A stretch of 64,000 nt of DNA. Source: Smithellaceae bacterium. GTDB taxonomy: Bacteria; Desulfobacterota; Syntrophia; Syntrophales; Smithellaceae. Below, in pieces: positions 31,465-41,508 of this stretch. The notes under the pieces are model-generated. The model was not told the origin of the DNA and did not search any database. It worked only from the letters and a program-made list of their open reading frames with translations. A program made the translations under genes and the position numbers. The first letter of the stretch is position 1. The number at the start of each line of letters is the position of its first letter. The stretch covers positions 256,001-320,000 of the forward strand of contig CAXXVL010000002.1 in the NCBI GenBank assembly GCA_963667845.2. Reading direction: 5' to 3'.

Positions 31465-32334
31465 TTATTGCGATATGGAAAGCAGCATGGACCGGAGGTT
31501 GGTTTTGGTGTTTTTGATCCCCAGTTTCAGGCGGATATTCTTTCGGTGAAAATCGACAGCCGTTGCCGAGATGTTCAAATACTCGGTCATTTCCTTCGTT
31601 GTCCGGCCTTCGCGGACCAGCGCGGCAATTTCCAGTTCACGGGGCGTCAGGTCGAAATGCCGGGTAGCCAGATTATTCAGGAACGGCGATATGACTTCTT
31701 TCAGATGGCTTTCGATAATATTGACGTGGGCCAATTGCGTGTCATTCAGTTTTAAATTTTTTAATTTTTCGATGGACGGCAGAATCAGACTTTTGACATT
31801 ATTCAAGATGTTCTCTTCGACGGCCAGCCTGTCCTCCTCCCGATGCTTCAGCAGCACTTTTAGCGCGATATTCGCTTCTTCCAGTATTTTGGATTTTTGC
31901 TGCAATTCACCTTCACTGCGCTTCAGATCGTCTTCGGCTTTTCTGCGCACATTCCGCTCGGCGACATCATTTAATGCCCGACTGACTGAAGGAGCAAGCC
32001 GCACGAGATTATTCTTTAAAACATAATCCGTTGCTCCTTTCTTGAGCAGTTCCACCGCCAGTTCCTCCCCCAGGGCGCCGGAAACGAAAATGAACGGGAT
32101 ATCCGGGCACTGACCCAGGACAATATTCAGGGCCGATTTTCCGCTGAACCCGGGGAGCGAATAGTCCGCCAGAATCAAGTCCGGCAGAAATTCGTCCAGC
32201 TGTCTGGTGAAGTCCGCCTTCGTGGCAACCCTCGTCGACACGAAGTTTATACCGGCCTGCTTCAATTCATCTTCCATCAATTCGGCATCGGCCGCGGTGT
32301 CTTCCAAAATCAAAATACGTAATGGTTCATTCAT
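31465..32334 (-). CDS. Response regulator with LuxR-type HTH
   Basis: REC (ILADYSLP), LTPRELEIA, VDFHRKNIRLKLGI. Confidence 0.9.
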   Translation of the reverse strand: MNEPLRILILEDTAADAELMEDELKQAGINFVSTRVATKADFTRQLDEFLPDLILADYSLPGFSGKSALNIVLGQCPDIPFIFVSGALGEELAVELLKKGATDYVLKNNLVRLAPSVSRALNDVAERNVRRKAEDDLKRSEGELQQKSKILEEANIALKVLLKHREEDRLAVEENILNNVKSLILPSIEKLKNLKLNDTQLAHVNIIESHLKEVISPFLNNLATRHFDLTPRELEIAALVREGRTTKEMTEYLNISATAVDFHRKNIRLKLGIKNTKTNLRSMLLSISQ

Positions 32335-32388
32335 TTGGCTACCCTCATATTATATTTGTCGATGCCTGGGTTGGATCCATCCGCAGAT

Positions 32389-32823
32389 TCAACAAGCATC
32401 GACGTTTAATGTAGTCCAATAATTCATAGTATGCTTGATATCCTGTGCAAATCTATCCGCATCCAGCGGTTTGACCAGATAACTGTTCGCGCCCAGCCTG
32501 TAGCTCTCCTTCTTATCTCTTGTTTCATTGGACGACGTAAAGATGACAACAGGAATGCACTTTGTTCTTTCATCCGACTTCAGCAGTCTCAGGACCTCCA
32601 TCCCATTGACTTTGGGAAGTTTCAAATCCAGCAGGATGAACCGAGGAGTGCACGGATTCGAGGCTGCGCCTTCTTTTGCATCGCGGAAAAAGTAATCGGT
32701 TGCTTCCACGCCGTCCCTGAGGATATGCGTCCCTAATTTAATTTCCGATTCATAAAATGCATCCAGAATCATTTCGAGGTCATGGGGATTATCTTCAATA
32801 ATAATGATCTCGGCGTTCGTCAT
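32389..32823 (-). CDS. Single-domain response regulator (Rcp1-like)
   Basis: EDNPHD, ILLDLKLPKVNG, GANSYLVKP. Confidence 0.9.
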   Translation of the reverse strand: MTNAEIIIIEDNPHDLEMILDAFYESEIKLGTHILRDGVEATDYFFRDAKEGAASNPCTPRFILLDLKLPKVNGMEVLRLLKSDERTKCIPVVIFTSSNETRDKKESYRLGANSYLVKPLDADRFAQDIKHTMNYWTTLNVDAC

Positions 32824-32829
32824 CGTCCG

Positions 32830-33090
32830 TCAGCCCCTTATCGGCAGAGAAAAGTAAAATGCTGCACCCTGCTGTAGCTTGCTTTCTGACCAGAGGGGGC
32901 TCAAGTGGCGGTGAATGACTTTCAGCTCGGCAATCACCGTCAGTTGCTGCTTGGCGGCAAAAGCCGTAGCCGATTTCTGTTTCTGATAAATATAAGATTC
33001 CAGGAAAATAACACAGGCACAGGCCAGAAAAAAAACAACGAAAACAATCGCAGATAGCTTGTATTTTTTCTTGTGAAGAGGATTTGCCAT
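32830..33090 (-). pseudogene. Internally deleted sensor histidine kinase remnant
   Basis: N-terminal TM joined in frame to an HATPase tail (IHRH...WSESKLQQGAAFYFSLP); no H-box or N/G1 boxes. Confidence 0.75.
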
Positions 33091-33387
33091 TCTTCGGTTT
33101 GCTTTCTTAATATAAACTATAATCTGTTTTGACGAGCATTATAACGCGAATAATCTTCATTACAAGTGCGTTTCATTTCATCTTCCGCCCGTTACTTCCC
33201 GGTTCCGGGGCCAAACCGGGACGAATCTCGTTTTTTCCACCAGCGGATTCCGAAGCATCTCACGAATCCCTTTTCCTGCCTTCCCACCTTTTCTTCAGTG
33301 GGAATACCTGTTCCAAAGTATTCCGGGTCATGACAAAAGCTCGGAATGCGCTGGCATTCCGAGTGGGTTCAATCTGTTGATGCTCGC

Positions 33388-33840
33388 TCAGCTTCTGACC
33401 AGCAATACCTGACCTTTCGCTCTTTTGATGACTTTATCGGCCACACCGCCCAATAGATTCTTCAGAATACCCGTCTTCCCGTGCGACGCGATGACAATCA
33501 AGTCAATGCCTTTTTCCTCCTGCTCTTTGAGAATCTCTTCATAAGGGATGCCTCGTTTCGCCTCGTAAATAACCTCTATGCCGGCATTGCCGTCGACAAT
33601 TTTTTTGGTTTCCTGCTCAAGCTTCTCTTCCGCATTCTTCATGCTATCGAGCATAATTTTTTGCACCGTCCCCTCGTCGAGACAATAGTCTACCGCACAC
33701 TGCTGGAATCCATCGTCAATCACGTGAAAGAGATAGATTTTTGCTTTGCTCTCCAGAGCAATATCGACTGCTTTCTTTAACGCGTTATCCGCATAAGCTG
33801 AAAAATCCGTCGGGACTAATATTTTCTTCGGTGCAAACAT
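33388..33840 (-). CDS. Universal stress protein
   Basis: KILVPTDFS, DLIVIASHGKTG, LLGGVADKV. Confidence 0.93.
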   Translation of the reverse strand: MFAPKKILVPTDFSAYADNALKKAVDIALESKAKIYLFHVIDDGFQQCAVDYCLDEGTVQKIMLDSMKNAEEKLEQETKKIVDGNAGIEVIYEAKRGIPYEEILKEQEEKGIDLIVIASHGKTGILKNLLGGVADKVIKRAKGQVLLVRS

Positions 33841-33910
33841 AATTATTCCTCCTTTTTTTTGTCAAACATAGCCAATTATCTTTAACTTACAATAAGAGTT
33901 GTTCTATAGG

Positions 33911-33937
33911 TTACTGGTAGTAAAAAACTACCAGTAA
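33911..33937. promoter_or_regulatory. Palindromic operator upstream of usp
   Basis: TTACTGGTAGT-AAAAA-ACTACCAGTAA, perfect 11-bp inverted repeat. Confidence 0.7.
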
Positions 33938-33994
33938 GGATTATTTGGAACAGCTACCGGCAGCCAGATAGTTTTATCCTGCAATATTAGTAAA

Positions 33995-34032
33995 TTAAAG
34001 CCTCCTCCGGGCTTGCCGGGAGGAGGCTTTAA
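33995..34032. terminator. Long hairpin, probable terminator of the minus-strand small ORF
   Basis: TTAAAGCCTCCTCCGG...CCGGGAGGAGGCTTTAA. Confidence 0.65.
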
Positions 34033-34123
34033 CCGGTCAGGGGATCTCATGAAGTTCGAGATTGTGCGCGATATGTCTGCCTGTTTGCCAGGCAATCAGT
34101 CGAACTGCACTTAGTTGATTTCT

Positions 34124-34297
34124 TTACGATGCCTTCTTAATGCCCGGATCACTGTTTTCCATGGGCGACGGCAGGAGGCCTATAATATTGTTTCGGTATT
34201 CAATGGCAGGAATACTGTCTTTCAAAAAATGGCCCACAAACTTGTCTATGCGGGACTGCAACTGCTGCCAGCGCGGATCAAATATTTGCTCATTCAT
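34124..34297 (-). CDS. 57-aa small protein, weakly CsbD-like
   Basis: Below ORF-track cutoff; AAGGAGG RBS; MNEQIFDPRWQQLQSRIDKFVGHFLKDSIPAIEYRNNIIGLLPSPMENSDPGIKKAS. Confidence 0.55.
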   Translation of the reverse strand: MNEQIFDPRWQQLQSRIDKFVGHFLKDSIPAIEYRNNIIGLLPSPMENSDPGIKKAS

Positions 34298-34676
34298 GAT
34301 GTACCCTCCTTTTTGATTTAATTATTTTTGAGTGCCGTTTCGTGAAGAAAATATTCGACTGGATGGCCAAAGACAATACGGAATAATTAAGAGCATATTA
34401 GCAGGTAATACCTACCATCGGGAGGGAGATCGAGAAACGTCTAAAATCGATTTATATTTCTGAATTCAGGCAAGTTATTCCTAAATTGTTTCATTTATGT
34501 AAGGCCTGCAATCGGCGTGAAGCCGTTTCCGGCCAGGTCGCGAGGGCCGGAATAGAAGGCGAGGCCGAAGCCAAGGCGAGAAACTTTCGGCATCGGGCCA
34601 TACGGCATTGCCAGACTATTCGCCGATGCTTACGATATTCAGGAAATGTCAATTTCGCGGATTTCAGCGGAGGTCT

Positions 34677-36134
34677 ATGTCTAAATATGAATATGATCTT
34701 GGTATATTAGGCGGAGGGGCGGCGGGCCTGACCGCCGCGGCCGGGGCCGCTCAATTCGGAGCAAAGACGATCCTCATTGAAAAGTCATCCCGCCTGGGAG
34801 GAGATTGTCTTCACTTCGGCTGTATTCCTTCCAAAACGTTAATCCGGACGGCGAAAGTCGCGGCGTTCATCCGCCGGGCCCGGGAATTCGGCCTGCCCGA
34901 GGCCGGCCTTGGGTCCATTGACCTGGGCGCTGTCATGGATCGCGTAAAATCCGTCATCGAGAAGATTCAGGAACACGATTCACCCCAGCGGTTCTGTACG
35001 CTGGGGGCCGAGGTCACCTTCGGAGAGGCATCTTTTATTGACGCCCACAGTGTCGAACTCGCCGGGAGGAAAATTTCGGCTGCACGCTGGATTATTGCCA
35101 CGGGCTCTGCTCCGGCGCTCCCTCCCGTCGAAGGTCTGGGGTCGGTCCCCTATTGGACAAACGAAACCCTTTTTGATCAGCGCCGGCTCCCCGGCAAATT
35201 GATCGTGCTGGGCGGAGGGCCGGTCGGCCTGGAACTGGCTCAAGCCATGGGCCGGCTCGGCGCCCGCGTAACCGTCGTGGAATTTGCGGATCAGATCCTG
35301 GGACCGGAAGACGCCGATATGGCCGCAATCATTCGGCGGCGCCTGGAACAGGAGGGTATTACGATATTGACGTCAACCCGCGCCATCCGTGCCGCTTATG
35401 TCGACGGGCAAGCCAGCTTGACGATCGGCAATGCGACCGGAGCCGAGACCCGGGTCATCACGGCTGCTGCACTGCTGGTGGCGGCAGGGCGCAGGCCCAA
35501 TAAGGAAGGGCTGGGGCTGGACAACGCCGGCGTCATCCACACGGCGCGCGGTATTCCGGTCGACGCCAGAACAAGAACGAACATCCCCCATATTTATGCC
35601 TGCGGCGACGTGAACGGGCAATTTCCCTTCACCCACGTCGCGGGCTATGAAGCGGGAGTCGCACTGGCCAATGCCGTTCTGCATCTGCCGCGACGGGTGG
35701 ACTACAGCAAAATCGGCTGGTGCACGTATACGGACCCCGAAATTGCCAGCATCGGGCTCAATGAAAAGAGAGCCCAAAAAGAAGGCATTGAGTATCGCGT
35801 GTGGGAGGAATCTTTTGCGGATAACGACCGGGCCATGGTGATGGGTGAAACGGAAGGCAAGATCAAGCTGCTTGTGAGCCCCGCCGGAAAAATACTGGGC
35901 TGCCAGATCGCCGGCGCCAATGCTGGAGAGTTGATCCACGAGTGGGTTGGGGCGATATCCGGCGGCGTGAAACTTTCCACGCTGGCCCAAGCCGTCCATA
36001 TCTATCCGACGCTTTCGGAAATATCCAAACGGGTGTCCGGAAAGCCGTTTGCCGAAAAGATCTTCAGCGACCACACCCGAAGCATTCTCAAGTTTATCTT
36101 CAGCCTCAAGGGGCGCGCCTGCTCCGGACCGTAA
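34677..36134 (+). CDS. Pyridine nucleotide-disulfide oxidoreductase (MerA/LpdA-like)
   Basis: GGGAAG, GGDCLHFGCIPSK, GGGPVG, HIYPT; GGAGG RBS; lacks the MerA C-terminal Cys-Cys. Confidence 0.9.
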   Translation: MSKYEYDLGILGGGAAGLTAAAGAAQFGAKTILIEKSSRLGGDCLHFGCIPSKTLIRTAKVAAFIRRAREFGLPEAGLGSIDLGAVMDRVKSVIEKIQEHDSPQRFCTLGAEVTFGEASFIDAHSVELAGRKISAARWIIATGSAPALPPVEGLGSVPYWTNETLFDQRRLPGKLIVLGGGPVGLELAQAMGRLGARVTVVEFADQILGPEDADMAAIIRRRLEQEGITILTSTRAIRAAYVDGQASLTIGNATGAETRVITAAALLVAAGRRPNKEGLGLDNAGVIHTARGIPVDARTRTNIPHIYACGDVNGQFPFTHVAGYEAGVALANAVLHLPRRVDYSKIGWCTYTDPEIASIGLNEKRAQKEGIEYRVWEESFADNDRAMVMGETEGKIKLLVSPAGKILGCQIAGANAGELIHEWVGAISGGVKLSTLAQAVHIYPTLSEISKRVSGKPFAEKIFSDHTRSILKFIFSLKGRACSGP

Positions 36135-36159
36135 ACATTTGCCGGCGGATCGCCCATCA

Positions 36160-36876
36160 TCAGGAAGATGTAAAGCGGGGATCAAGAATCTGCCAGCCGG
36201 ATGAAATCTTCCTGGATTTGAGAAAGACCATCGTGGCGGACGCGTCAAACACAGTTCCCAAATTCCTATCGATCAGCTTGGCGAGCGCATTGCGATCGGC
36301 GATCTCCTGCCACCTTGTGATCAATTTGACCCTGCATCCCCGGTTGCGCATAAAATCCAGTGTTTCCTCCAATACTGAATCACCGGTCGAGGACAGACCA
36401 TAAAAAACATCCGGCTCGAATGCGTCGCGGTTAAAACCGATCAGATAGTAACCGCCGTTTGCCGTGGGACCAATCACCGCGTCGTTTTCGTCGCCGTCGG
36501 CAAGTGTGCTGAAAGCCGCCTCGACAACTTCACGCGGCAGGTCGGGACAGTCCGATCCGATCCAGATGGCGGACCGGACTGCACGGCCGAAACAATCCGC
36601 AAACGCGTTTGTCATCTTTTCTCCGGTGCTGTCCCCCCGCTGCGGGTAAACCCGGATTTGGTTTGCGCAAAGCGTCCTGACCTCCTTTTCCATGCCCTGC
36701 GGATGAAAAACGTCCACGGCGAAGGGCCCGTCTTTCATCGCCGCCAGTGTATCGGAGAAAAAATGTTTGTAAAGCTCCGCGCAAAAGTTCATTCCCACCT
36801 CTCTCGCCAGCCGCGATGTAACGTCTCGGGCCTGAGTCGTCCTGGCAAAAACGATCAGACATTGATCCTGTTGCAT
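36160..36876 (-). CDS. DUF2064/TIGR04282 glycosyltransferase-like protein, divergent
   Basis: QRGDSTGEKM, IGSDCPDL, VIGPTANGGYYLIG. Confidence 0.8.
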   Translation of the reverse strand: MQQDQCLIVFARTTQARDVTSRLAREVGMNFCAELYKHFFSDTLAAMKDGPFAVDVFHPQGMEKEVRTLCANQIRVYPQRGDSTGEKMTNAFADCFGRAVRSAIWIGSDCPDLPREVVEAAFSTLADGDENDAVIGPTANGGYYLIGFNRDAFEPDVFYGLSSTGDSVLEETLDFMRNRGCRVKLITRWQEIADRNALAKLIDRNLGTVFDASATMVFLKSRKISSGWQILDPRFTSS

Positions 36877-36909
36877 GAATTCACTCCTTTTTGGCAAAAG
36901 TTTGACATA

Positions 36910-37725
36910 TCATTTACGGCCGTAAAGAAAAGGCATCACCAGCATGGATGACAATCTGAGCGCCCTTTCATCATGATAGCCGTGAAGACCGATTTCCATC
37001 TTTTCATGGCCCGCATCCGGTTGGGCTTTGTAGGTGCCGAAAAGCCGGTCCCACCAGGGAAAGCTGAAGCCGTAATTACTGTTGGTTTCTTTGAATAGGA
37101 CGGAATGGTGCACGCGGTGCATGTCTGGCGTGACCACGCCGAGGCGGATGAAGCGGTCCAGGCCAAACGGAATCCTGATATTTCCATGGTTGAACATCGT
37201 TGCACCGTTGAGCAGAATCTCGAAGATCAAAACGGCCAAAGGTGCCGCGCCCAGGCCGGCGACGGCCGCCATTTTGATAACCAGCGACACCATGATCTCC
37301 AGCGGATGAAAACGGATCCCGGTCGTCACGTCAATATCCCGGTCCGTGTGGTGCACCATGTGCAGACGCCATAAAACAGGTGTCAGGTGAAACACGACAT
37401 GCTGAAAATAAATCACCAGATCCAAAAGCAAAACGCCGGCGATGACCGCCACCGGGTGAGGCAACGGGACATAATAAAAAAGGCCCCATCCCCTGTGCTC
37501 ACACAGAAGCGCCATGCCCACCGGAAGCATGGGGAAGATCAGCCGCACCACAGCCACATCGACGAGCTGCATGAGAAGATTGGCCGTCCATCGTTTGATT
37601 TTGGGAACCCCGGGCAGACGGCGGGGCACGGCGCGCTCGGCAAGCGCCACACCGGAAAAAATAACGGCAAAAAAGACCGCCCGGATGAGCCCCTCATGCG
37701 AGATGAAATCGATCCCTGTATCCAT
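36910..37725 (-). CDS. Sterol desaturase/fatty acid hydroxylase family protein
   Basis: His boxes YFQHVVFH, LHMVHH, RFHP, FNH, HRVHH; WDRLFGT. Confidence 0.9.
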   Translation of the reverse strand: MDTGIDFISHEGLIRAVFFAVIFSGVALAERAVPRRLPGVPKIKRWTANLLMQLVDVAVVRLIFPMLPVGMALLCEHRGWGLFYYVPLPHPVAVIAGVLLLDLVIYFQHVVFHLTPVLWRLHMVHHTDRDIDVTTGIRFHPLEIMVSLVIKMAAVAGLGAAPLAVLIFEILLNGATMFNHGNIRIPFGLDRFIRLGVVTPDMHRVHHSVLFKETNSNYGFSFPWWDRLFGTYKAQPDAGHEKMEIGLHGYHDERALRLSSMLVMPFLYGRK

Positions 37726-37740
37726 CTTCCTTTGAATCGG

Positions 37741-38841
37741 CTACTTTTTCGACGAAAATAGCTTCACATATTGACCGTAGCCCTCTTTTTCCAGATCCTC
37801 TTTCGGGATGAAGCGCAGGGCGGCCGAATTCATGCAGTAACGCAGTCCGGTAGGCGCAGGACCGTCCGGAAAAACATGTCCCAGGTGCGAATCGGCGTGC
37901 TTGCTGCGCACTTCGGTCCGCGTGGCAAACAGGCTGCGGTCTTCCCGCTCGACGATATTTTCCGGATCAAGCGGTCTCGTGAAACTGGGCCACCCGGTCC
38001 CCGATTCGAACTTGTCTAGCGAACTGAAGAGCGGCTCTCCGGAAACAACATCCACATAGATACCCTCGGCTTTATTTTTGTCATACTCATTTTGAAAAGG
38101 CGGTTCGGTGCCTTCTTTCTGCGTTACGTCATATTGAATTTTGGTTAATTTCTTTCTGAGCGTCGCATCATCGGGCTTCTTATACTTACTGCCCTCCTCT
38201 TCCATGGCCGCCCCGGCAGGCCATGTTTTCTTGATGAATGCGTCACGGCCCGACCCGCTGCGATAATATTTATACCGGAGGGGATTCTTCTTGTAATAGT
38301 CCTGATGGTAGTCCTCCGCCGGATAAAATTTCGTCAATTTAAGAATTTCAGTTGCAATGGGCTTGGCGAATTTTCCGGACGAAGCGAGCTTCTGCTTCGA
38401 TTTTTCGGCAATTTGTTTCTGCTCATCGTTGGCGTAAAAAATCGCGCTCACGTACTGCGGACCTCGATCGACAAACTGTCCGCCGGCGTCAGTCGGGTCA
38501 ATCAGATGCCAGAAACGGTCCAGGATCTGTTCATACGTTACTTTCTGAGGATCGTAATAGACTTGAACGGCTTCAATATGCCCGAGGCGCGCATAGTCTT
38601 CATAGGTGGGATTTTCTCCTTTTCCTCCCGTATAGCCTGAGATCACTTTGATGACACCGGGCATCTTTTCCATGTCCGCTTCAACACACCAGAAGCACCC
38701 GCCTGCCAGTGTTGCGATTGCTGTATTCTCGCTATTTGCCTGATCAGCCATCTTATTTTTCACCTCCGTTTTTCCGGTATCCGCATTCCCGCAGCCCCAC
38801 AGAAAGGCCAGCGCAATGACGAAGAAAATTATTTTTTTCAT
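37741..38841 (-). CDS. msrAB: Peptide methionine sulfoxide reductase MsrA/MsrB fusion, lipoprotein
   Basis: Lipobox [35 protein letters not shown]. Confidence 0.96.
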   Translation of the reverse strand: MKKIIFFVIALAFLWGCGNADTGKTEVKNKMADQANSENTAIATLAGGCFWCVEADMEKMPGVIKVISGYTGGKGENPTYEDYARLGHIEAVQVYYDPQKVTYEQILDRFWHLIDPTDAGGQFVDRGPQYVSAIFYANDEQKQIAEKSKQKLASSGKFAKPIATEILKLTKFYPAEDYHQDYYKKNPLRYKYYRSGSGRDAFIKKTWPAGAAMEEEGSKYKKPDDATLRKKLTKIQYDVTQKEGTEPPFQNEYDKNKAEGIYVDVVSGEPLFSSLDKFESGTGWPSFTRPLDPENIVEREDRSLFATRTEVRSKHADSHLGHVFPDGPAPTGLRYCMNSAALRFIPKEDLEKEGYGQYVKLFSSKK

Positions 38842-39124
38842 TGGTTTAGAGATACCTCCTGCTTCTAAATTTTAAGGATAGTATCTGCGATTGTCAAATG
38901 CAGCCCCGCAGATAAGCTGATTTAGCACGCTATCATCATCCTTCGCTCAAGTGCCGGTTCATGAATTCGTTTGTTGTTTTGTGGACAGCTGATTTCCATC
39001 CGATGGAAATAAATTGAAGCAGCGATTCTATTGAAATGATAAATAAAAGGATTTGAAAATAGGGAAGCGCGCCTTGAAAAAAGCAATCGTGCCGTCAGTT
39101 CCGCGGGAAAACGGGATAAAGTGA

Positions 39125-39895
39125 TTAGACGATACGTGCAATCATGATGCCGGTCAATGCCGGATGCGATTTCAGGTAGGCCGGGAGTGTTTCTTTCGAG
39201 ATAACGACGGCGCCTTCTTTGCTGGAAGCATGAAGTAAATGCCAGTGCCCGCCCTGCCGGATCGCAAAACCGACATGCGCCACATCCAATCCTTCCCGGG
39301 CCGTTACAAAGGCGATAATATCGCCGGGATGAATCGCGGACTGTTGCTTTACCACTTCGTCTCTATCCACAATATAAGAAATTTTGCCGGAGAGCTTTCT
39401 TTCGATCATCATCATTTTGCAAAACTGGTCTTTACTTTTCAAACCGGGGTACAGGTCACGGTGCGTCGTCATGAAATTGATCAGTTTGCGTGCAGGGCGG
39501 CCAGCCGGAAGCCCCGATGCGTTTATTAATACTTTCTTCTTTTGATTATCTGCCAGCCAGTCGGTGAAATAATGCAGGCGCGAGGCGTAGCCGTCCGTCT
39601 TCCCCTGACGGTAACGGATGAACCTGAGATTCTTGCGAAATCGGGCGGGCGATAATTTCCCTGAAGCCGCTGAGCGGCTAAGCGCGATCACAGTCTCCAC
39701 AAAAGTTGTGCAGTCAAATGCGGTCAGGACGGCAATGAGCTTTTCCCGGCCTGCGTTCTCCAATGTATTTGCGCGATAGGGCGTACCCAGAAAAAGCCTG
39801 CCGATCTCAAGGGCCAAATCTCCCGGCGATATATCCTGCTCGGAAGCCATCTTCCCGAGATCACTTTTTCCGGGCCGATATCTTTCATTTTTCAT
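39125..39895 (-). CDS. DUF1460 amidase-like protein
   Basis: FLGTPY, FDCTTFVE, RLHYFTDW, GLDVAHVG, LLHASS. Confidence 0.85.
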   Translation of the reverse strand: MKNERYRPGKSDLGKMASEQDISPGDLALEIGRLFLGTPYRANTLENAGREKLIAVLTAFDCTTFVETVIALSRSAASGKLSPARFRKNLRFIRYRQGKTDGYASRLHYFTDWLADNQKKKVLINASGLPAGRPARKLINFMTTHRDLYPGLKSKDQFCKMMMIERKLSGKISYIVDRDEVVKQQSAIHPGDIIAFVTAREGLDVAHVGFAIRQGGHWHLLHASSKEGAVVISKETLPAYLKSHPALTGIMIARIV

Positions 39896-39931
39896 GATAA
39901 GCTCCCGGGGTCTCACAAGTCAGGAGGATTC

Positions 39932-41326
39932 CTATTCTTTGATCTGCAAATTTGTCTGCAAATATTTCTTGAATGCCTGGAAATCGCCGGTCATGGCAAT
40001 TGCGCTGCCTTGGCGGCGCGCCAGGCCTTTCATGCTTTCGGGAAGTTCGGGGTCGATGCCCAGGAGGCTTTTGATTTCTTCGGGAAACTTGGCGGGGTGA
40101 GCGGTTTCCAGGCAGATGGCCAGTTTCGAATCGCCGGTTTTCTTCTGATAGGCTTCCAAGCCCGCCCAGCCCACCGCGCCGTGCTGCTCCAGAATCACCC
40201 GATAGCGCTCGTAAACACTTTTGATGGTCTGCCGGGTTTCCTCGTCGGAGACACTCACCGAGAAGATATACCGGCGCATTTCCTGGAGATCAGGATAACG
40301 ATGGACGACACCGGCACGATCGACCGTGCCGCCATAGAGTTCAAAGAAGCGCGCCAGGTTGCTGGGATGTCCCACGTTCATGGCGTTGGAAATGCAGGCC
40401 CGCGACGGCGACACTTTCGTGTATTTGCCGGTTTCGAGATAAACCGGAAATTCATTATTTTCGTTGGTAGGCATGATCAGCCTGGCCACCGGCAATCCCA
40501 TCCGGCGGGCATATTCACAACCCAGGGCGTCGCCGAAATTTCCGGACGGAACAGAAAAAATGACCTCTTCGCCGCGACCGGCCAACTGAGCGTAGGCATA
40601 AATATAGTAAACGATCTGCGGCAGGATGCGGCCGAAATTGATGGAATTGGCCGACGATAAATTGAACCGGGCCAGTTCCCGGTCGGCAAACGCTTCTTTA
40701 ACGAGATTCTGACAATCATCGAATTTTCCGTCAACCGAGATCGCCCGGACGTTACCGCCGATAGTGTCGAGCTGTTTTTTCTGCATCAGACTCACTTCAT
40801 CAGCGGGATAGAGAATGGTCACGTCGATACCGCGAACATCTTTATAAGCTTCGCCCACGGCGCTGCCTGTGTCACCGGATGTCGCCACGAGAATATTGAG
40901 CCGCTCCCCTTCGGGGCGGCAGTGGCTCATCAACCGCGCCATCATTCGGGCGGCAAAATCCTTAAAGGACGCGGTAGGCCCCTGATCCAGGCGCAGAATA
41001 AAAGCGCGTGGATAAACCGCTTCCAGCGGTACGGGATAATTATAAGCGTCTTTCACGATCGCTTCGAGGACATCTTTCGGGAATTCTTCGGACAGGAAAG
41101 CCCCGGCAACAAGAAGCGCCGCCTGCCAGTATGGTTTATCCCGAAGCGACAGGATATCGCTCATCGAAAGCTGCGGGATGGCATCGGGTACAAACAGGCC
41201 TTCGTCCGGCGCCTGGCCGGCAAGCAGCGCTTCCTTAAAGGATACGCTCCCGGTAAAGGGGGTGATCCCGGCGACATGCTTCACGTGACGGTTGGTACTG
41301 TAATATCTTATGGCCATCCTGCTCAT
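39932..41326 (-). CDS. thrC: Threonine synthase
   Basis: GPTASFKD, ATSGDTG, SANSINFGR, VPSGNFG, TAHPAKF. Confidence 0.95.
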   Translation of the reverse strand: MSRMAIRYYSTNRHVKHVAGITPFTGSVSFKEALLAGQAPDEGLFVPDAIPQLSMSDILSLRDKPYWQAALLVAGAFLSEEFPKDVLEAIVKDAYNYPVPLEAVYPRAFILRLDQGPTASFKDFAARMMARLMSHCRPEGERLNILVATSGDTGSAVGEAYKDVRGIDVTILYPADEVSLMQKKQLDTIGGNVRAISVDGKFDDCQNLVKEAFADRELARFNLSSANSINFGRILPQIVYYIYAYAQLAGRGEEVIFSVPSGNFGDALGCEYARRMGLPVARLIMPTNENNEFPVYLETGKYTKVSPSRACISNAMNVGHPSNLARFFELYGGTVDRAGVVHRYPDLQEMRRYIFSVSVSDEETRQTIKSVYERYRVILEQHGAVGWAGLEAYQKKTGDSKLAICLETAHPAKFPEEIKSLLGIDPELPESMKGLARRQGSAIAMTGDFQAFKKYLQTNLQIKE

Positions 41327-41508
41327 CCTTCTTTGTGGTGCTCTCCTATAAACTTATTGACGAAAATAAATCAACTAAAAACGACTGCGGGACCGCGGGG
41401 CCGCACTTCATTGGCCACCGAATTCCGTTTGGAAAATGCCGTCTTCTATGCTAAAAATCAAAGAGGCTTTCGAAGAGAAGCCGTATTTTAAATGATCGGA
41501 TGGGAAAA

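Noticed and set aside
33130..33385. Several short hairpins between usp and the kinase remnant as a riboswitch
   Set aside because: No recognisable aptamer motifs; the first hairpin could simply end usp transcription
34677..36134. Mercuric reductase MerA
   Set aside because: No C-terminal Cys-Cys pair, no NmerA domain, no mer operon
39083..39094. Sigma54-like CGGCACGATTGC upstream of msrAB
   Set aside because: GG-to-GC spacing is 7 nt, not the required 10
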